A DNA stretch of 64,000 nt from Wickerhamiella versatilis (Eukaryota): assembly GCA_030867685.1 (NCBI GenBank), contig JAQOWU010000001.1, forward strand, positions 558,001 to 622,000, read 5' to 3'. Below are positions 60,136-64,000 of this stretch, in pieces; the stretch's first letter is position 1; every line of letters starts with the position of its first letter. Under the pieces are notes generated by a model. That model was not told where the DNA came from. It made no database searches and saw only the letters and a program-made list of their open reading frames with translations. The translations under genes and the position numbers were made by a program.

Positions 60136-63100
60136 CTACTGCCAGCCTAAGCTGTTTTCAGTCATCATGGGCTGGCTGATTGAAACTGCCCTATGGCGGC
60201 CAGCTGAAGGCAAAATTGAAGAAACCGACACGGCAGGTTCAATTTCATCATGATACGACGGAGCCCGGGGGGAATCACCGAGGGCCACTGGTTTCGAACG
60301 ATTCCGCTTTTTAATGGCCATAGATGCCAAAAACAGCAATCCTCCGAGTACACCAGCTCCAGCAACAGTACCAACAGCTATGCCAGCCGTCGACCCTGAA
60401 GCACGAGAGGTCTTCGTATCTGGTTGAGATTTCTGGTCTAGTGATCCGGGTGCACCAACTATACCTCTACCACCCTGGGAGTCTCCTCCGCTACCATGAT
60501 GACCTCCGCTAGATCCCTGTGGAGTATTAGCTGACGGCTGGTTGGACTGCTGGGAGTAAACAGAATCAACCGAGACTGTCGTATTAATGAGACTGCATAG
60601 TGCCCTAACAGAGGCATCAGGGTGCTGGTATAATTTAGAAGAGCGATCCTGTACCTGCTGAGCCAGCGCAGTCACCTGTTCCGAAGGGATATATAGATGA
60701 GCTAAGGTCATGAGCCAGTCAAGGTTTGGGTCCTGATACGAAACAAGCTCATCCATCTGTATTTTACTCGTATCAATCCCTAAGCCATTAGCGATACCCT
60801 TAGGCAAGTAATCAAAAATCTGTGCTGCCGCCACTGGATGGTATACAACAAAGGGATAGTTAAGACTATATTGGAACCCGATCTGAACTTCCTTCTCCGA
60901 GCGACCAATAGACGGCGCCGTAGGTGGCGCAATCACACCCGGGAGGTCGGGCGAAGAGGTACTCTTGGTAGGTTCGTAAGACTGAGAATCTGATTCTGGC
61001 GTTTCAGTACTGCCTGCCTGTGAGGCAGTTAGCAGGCCAGTGGGGAGCCAATTAGTTGTATCCGGTGACTGACTAGCGGGAGAGATCTGTGTATGCCCAA
61101 CTCCTTGTGTAGATTCTTGTCCACCAGGCGGGCTTGTCAAAGATACTTGTGTTCCGGGTGAGTTCTCCGTCAATAGACTCGACGGAGTCTCCGCAGTATA
61201 TATTGAGCTATGCGTTATTGTAGGCCTGGAAGCATCCGTACCCGCAGTCACCGCAGTTGCCGCAGTGACTGAGGACGGTTCGGTGGGTGTGGTCCAGATG
61301 ACCGCCGGTGTCGTTTGAGGTGTCAACGTCCGAGACTTCGGGGAGGCCTTCAATGAAGTTTGATAGGCAGAGTCTTGACCCGCAATAGAAGAACCCGCCA
61401 CAGGGACAGAGCCAGAGACGGACGCAGACGCGGCAGAAGGGGCCGAAGGGGCAGCAGAAGCTATGCCACTGCCGCGTGTGAATGCCGGCACGCTTGACGC
61501 ATCAACAGAGCCAAAACGCAAACTTGACTGACCACTATTAGAGATTATTACCCCGCTATCCGCCGGAGCACTCGAAGTTGAAATAGACACTGATGGTTGA
61601 TACTCAGGCGAACTATAACCCTGCGAGACCCTTGCTTGTGAGTACTTTGGCTGTGGCGAATGCGAGTGGGTATATTGAGTGAACGCTGGGACACTAGAAG
61701 TCCTTTCGGGCGGTAAATTACTAGGACCATACGAAGAATGCTGCAATGTTAGTGCCGTATAGACAGGAGCCGAACTGGATCTGGTTTTGCGTGTCCTCAC
61801 TGAAGTCAACGAGCCATCATTATTCCCAACTGAATACTGTGTATAGACGGCAGCACTAGATGTTCGGGGGAACCCTTTAGTATTAGGCCCTGAGACTCCC
61901 AAAGAGGTATAGACAGAAGCTCTCGATGTAGCTCTACTAGGCGGAGGCACAACATTATTCGGTCTAGTTGTTGGTGTAACTGTACCGGGTAATGGGCTTG
62001 TCGGTTCGACAGTTGCATCGGTTGAGGAACTGGGAAGGACTGTAGGTTCATCATTCAAAGAACTTGTACCCTCTCCAATATTAGTCGACTCCGCGGTACC
62101 TTGCTCACTAGGTGTTAAATCTGGAGTGCTTTCAGCAGAACTGGGGGTCGGATTACTAGCTGTAACACCTAGCGGGCTTTGAGATAAGTCCGTGGCTGTA
62201 TCACTAGAGGTGGGTACAACTCCCAAGGTACTTTGAGGTATATTTGTGGCTTGATCATCAGATGATACAGCCGTGGCTTCACTGTTAGAGTCAACCTCCG
62301 TGCTATCACTCGAGCTTGCCAAAATGCTTGTTGCTGTTCCATCAGAATGACCCAAGCTTTCAGTGGTCGCAGTCGGGATGGAAGCTGGAGTGGAGGAGAA
62401 CACCGTGGCATCAGCACTGTTGGGAAATGCTGTCGCATCACCTGTACTGGAGGATATGACGGTGGGCTGTCCAACCGCACTTACTTCGGGTTTGCTTTGC
62501 AGCAAGGAAGAGCTGGATTCCGTTGCGATCTGCCCTCCTAATTGGATATCACTGCTTGCGGTCAAACTTGACGGCCCCACAGCGGTCGCATCTGAATTTG
62601 TCGAGACGGGACCCGATGTTGCTTGCGTTAACGTTGGAGATGCCATCGCACCGTTATTAGTACCATCAACTGTAGAACCTGCTACTGTTGATAAATAAGA
62701 GCTCGGGTCATTCTCGGTTGCTGCGCTTTCCGAGCCCTGATCAGGCGAGATTTGTATCTGCGATGACGGCGATGCTAGGGGGGATCCACCGGTGAACAAC
62801 GAGGATGTACCCTGCGTCCCTGCTACTGGAATCACTGATGCCGAATCAGATCCTTGGGTAGCCGCTGGTTGCACCGAGGAGGTAGAGTCCTCTGCTAAGG
62901 TCCACACCAGAACTGGGAAGGAAACATCTGACGATGAGCTTGTGGAAAGCGGCATCACCGTCCCAGTATCCGGAGCCGATGTCATTGACCACGTGGTTCG
63001 GACATCTAACGAACTTGTGGATGGCCCTTCATTAATGGATGCTGTATCACTGGGTTCACTTTGTGGATACCAACCTGCAGAGGACGTGGCCAACACACCA

Positions 63101-63456
63101 CCATCTGTTTGGACCCGAGAGGAGTCCCAAGTATCTGAACTAGGAGCCAAAGTGCTCTGAGCAGCCAAAGAAGTCAGCTGCCAGGCAGAGGAAGAGTAGA
63201 GTTGATATTCGGAAGTTGGTGACGTTACTAGGGGCACCTGCGAGGACATGGACGAAGAGGACTCCTGCGTGGGTATTGTAGTCTGAATCGTGGGCGCCTG
63301 CGTCCAGTCGACCGAGGAGGTGTTTGCTCTCTGGTATTGGTTTCCACCCTGTCCTGCATTTGCGTGTCCTACGCCAGCCGCCATATTCCATGGTCTGTCA
63401 CGTTTTTTTACTGCATCTGCTCCGCCGAGCGCAAGCAGGAGCAGAAAAGAGTGCAT
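60136..63456 (-). CDS. Signalling mucin Msb2/Hkr1-like
   Basis: Signal peptide, long Ser/Thr region, QIGFQYSLNYPFVV..AAQIFDYLP domain, TM segment, ISQPMMTENSLGW tail; ATG at 63456. Confidence 0.88.
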   Translation of the reverse strand: MHSFLLLLALGGADAVKKRDRPWNMAAGVGHANAGQGGNQYQRANTSSVDWTQAPTIQTTIPTQESSSSMSSQVPLVTSPTSEYQLYSSSAWQLTSLAAQSTLAPSSDTWDSSRVQTDGGVLATSSAGWYPQSEPSDTASINEGPSTSSLDVRTTWSMTSAPDTGTVMPLSTSSSSDVSFPVLVWTLAEDSTSSVQPAATQGSDSASVIPVAGTQGTSSLFTGGSPLASPSSQIQISPDQGSESAATENDPSSYLSTVAGSTVDGTNNGAMASPTLTQATSGPVSTNSDATAVGPSSLTASSDIQLGGQIATESSSSLLQSKPEVSAVGQPTVISSSTGDATAFPNSADATVFSSTPASIPTATTESLGHSDGTATSILASSSDSTEVDSNSEATAVSSDDQATNIPQSTLGVVPTSSDTATDLSQSPLGVTASNPTPSSAESTPDLTPSEQGTAESTNIGEGTSSLNDEPTVLPSSSTDATVEPTSPLPGTVTPTTRPNNVVPPPSRATSRASVYTSLGVSGPNTKGFPRTSSAAVYTQYSVGNNDGSLTSVRTRKTRSSSAPVYTALTLQHSSYGPSNLPPERTSSVPAFTQYTHSHSPQPKYSQARVSQGYSSPEYQPSVSISTSSAPADSGVIISNSGQSSLRFGSVDASSVPAFTRGSGIASAAPSAPSAASASVSGSVPVAGSSIAGQDSAYQTSLKASPKSRTLTPQTTPAVIWTTPTEPSSVTAATAVTAGTDASRPTITHSSIYTAETPSSLLTENSPGTQVSLTSPPGGQESTQGVGHTQISPASQSPDTTNWLPTGLLTASQAGSTETPESDSQSYEPTKSTSSPDLPGVIAPPTAPSIGRSEKEVQIGFQYSLNYPFVVYHPVAAAQIFDYLPKGIANGLGIDTSKIQMDELVSYQDPNLDWLMTLAHLYIPSEQVTALAQQVQDRSSKLYQHPDASVRALCSLINTTVSVDSVYSQQSNQPSANTPQGSSGGHHGSGGDSQGGRGIVGAPGSLDQKSQPDTKTSRASGSTAGIAVGTVAGAGVLGGLLFLASMAIKKRNRSKPVALGDSPRAPSYHDEIEPAVSVSSILPSAGRHRAVSISQPMMTENSLGWQ

Positions 63457-63472
63457 GCAAGTTAGAAACAAT

Positions 63473-63533
63473 CTGGAATGGGTTAGTACTGACTTCGGAA
63501 ATTACCATTGTTTTAGCCTGCTAAGGTTCATAC
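63473..63533 (-). other. Probable 5'UTR intron of the mucin gene
   Basis: TACTAAC (63488-63482) then CAG ending at 63473; donor GTATGA at 63533 or GTAAGT at 63771. Confidence 0.5.
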
Positions 63534-64000
63534 CTAGTAAGTGAGCCCGAAAGAAGGTACAGGACCGAACTTCCTATTAGGGAAAAAATCACTTCACTAG
63601 CCTTGAACCACCAGTTTGAATGTCGAGCGAGTTCACGTTGCCCTCTAGTTGTGGGAAGACCAGACACCCAAATACCGGCATAGCCCCCCTTAATTAAAGC
63701 CAACGCTCCCTGCGCCCTATATCTCTTGTTTGGAAACAGCGGGTGGCTGCAATCCCATCATCATTACTTACCTGTACCACTCTCAAATAAAAAGAGATGA
63801 ATCAAGGGTCGTACCTCGAAAAATGTTGATTTTTGTGAAGTGCGAACGCGGTTAGGTTTTATCTCATTAGTTCCAATTCACCTCAGACACGCATGGATGT
63901 CCCTAACCGCATACCACGAGGAACCCGACGTTTGGGCACAAATACCTTAAAACATGCATGCATACCCACCAAATCATACTAGTGATTCGATTAGTGACTA

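Noticed and set aside
63763-63775. U1 snRNA-like TACTTACCTG
   Set aside because: No U1 stem-loops follow; better explained as a minus-strand splice donor or chance.

Overview
Compact, nearly intron-free budding-yeast (Saccharomycotina) chromosomal DNA. It uses the standard code: CTG sits at conserved Leu positions, e.g. in RPL18. Tiny intergenic gaps, shortened proteins and bacterial-type genes suggest the Wickerhamiella/Starmerella group (inference only). Housekeeping blocks (PHB2, PAC10, RPL18, PEX26, RPS14, GAS, SAC1, PCC1, RSC4, DOA1, SPS19, ERG10, MRPL8, POL32, DYN1, COX7, MSB2-like) flank an accessory island at about 9-30 kb. The island holds tandem amino-acid permeases, a bacterial-type GH42 beta-galactosidase, tRNA-Leu, a membrane-protein pseudogene, a bacterial-type SDR, a yapsin and a Flo11-type adhesin. 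The standout is a free-standing 1116-aa gene (15716-19066). It fuses about 12-13 N-terminal C2H2 zinc fingers to a VDE/HO-like Hint + LAGLIDADG domain whose endonuclease catalytic residues are intact but whose splicing residues are lost. This looks like a natural zinc-finger meganuclease, with the reverse domain order of HO/WHO. Other observations: a displaced permease-promoter relic beyond the GH42 gene, an apparent GUG start for PEX26, an intron-encoded box C/D snoRNA candidate, a shared ribosomal-protein promoter motif and a miniaturised dynein. All homology calls come from motif recognition, not database searches.
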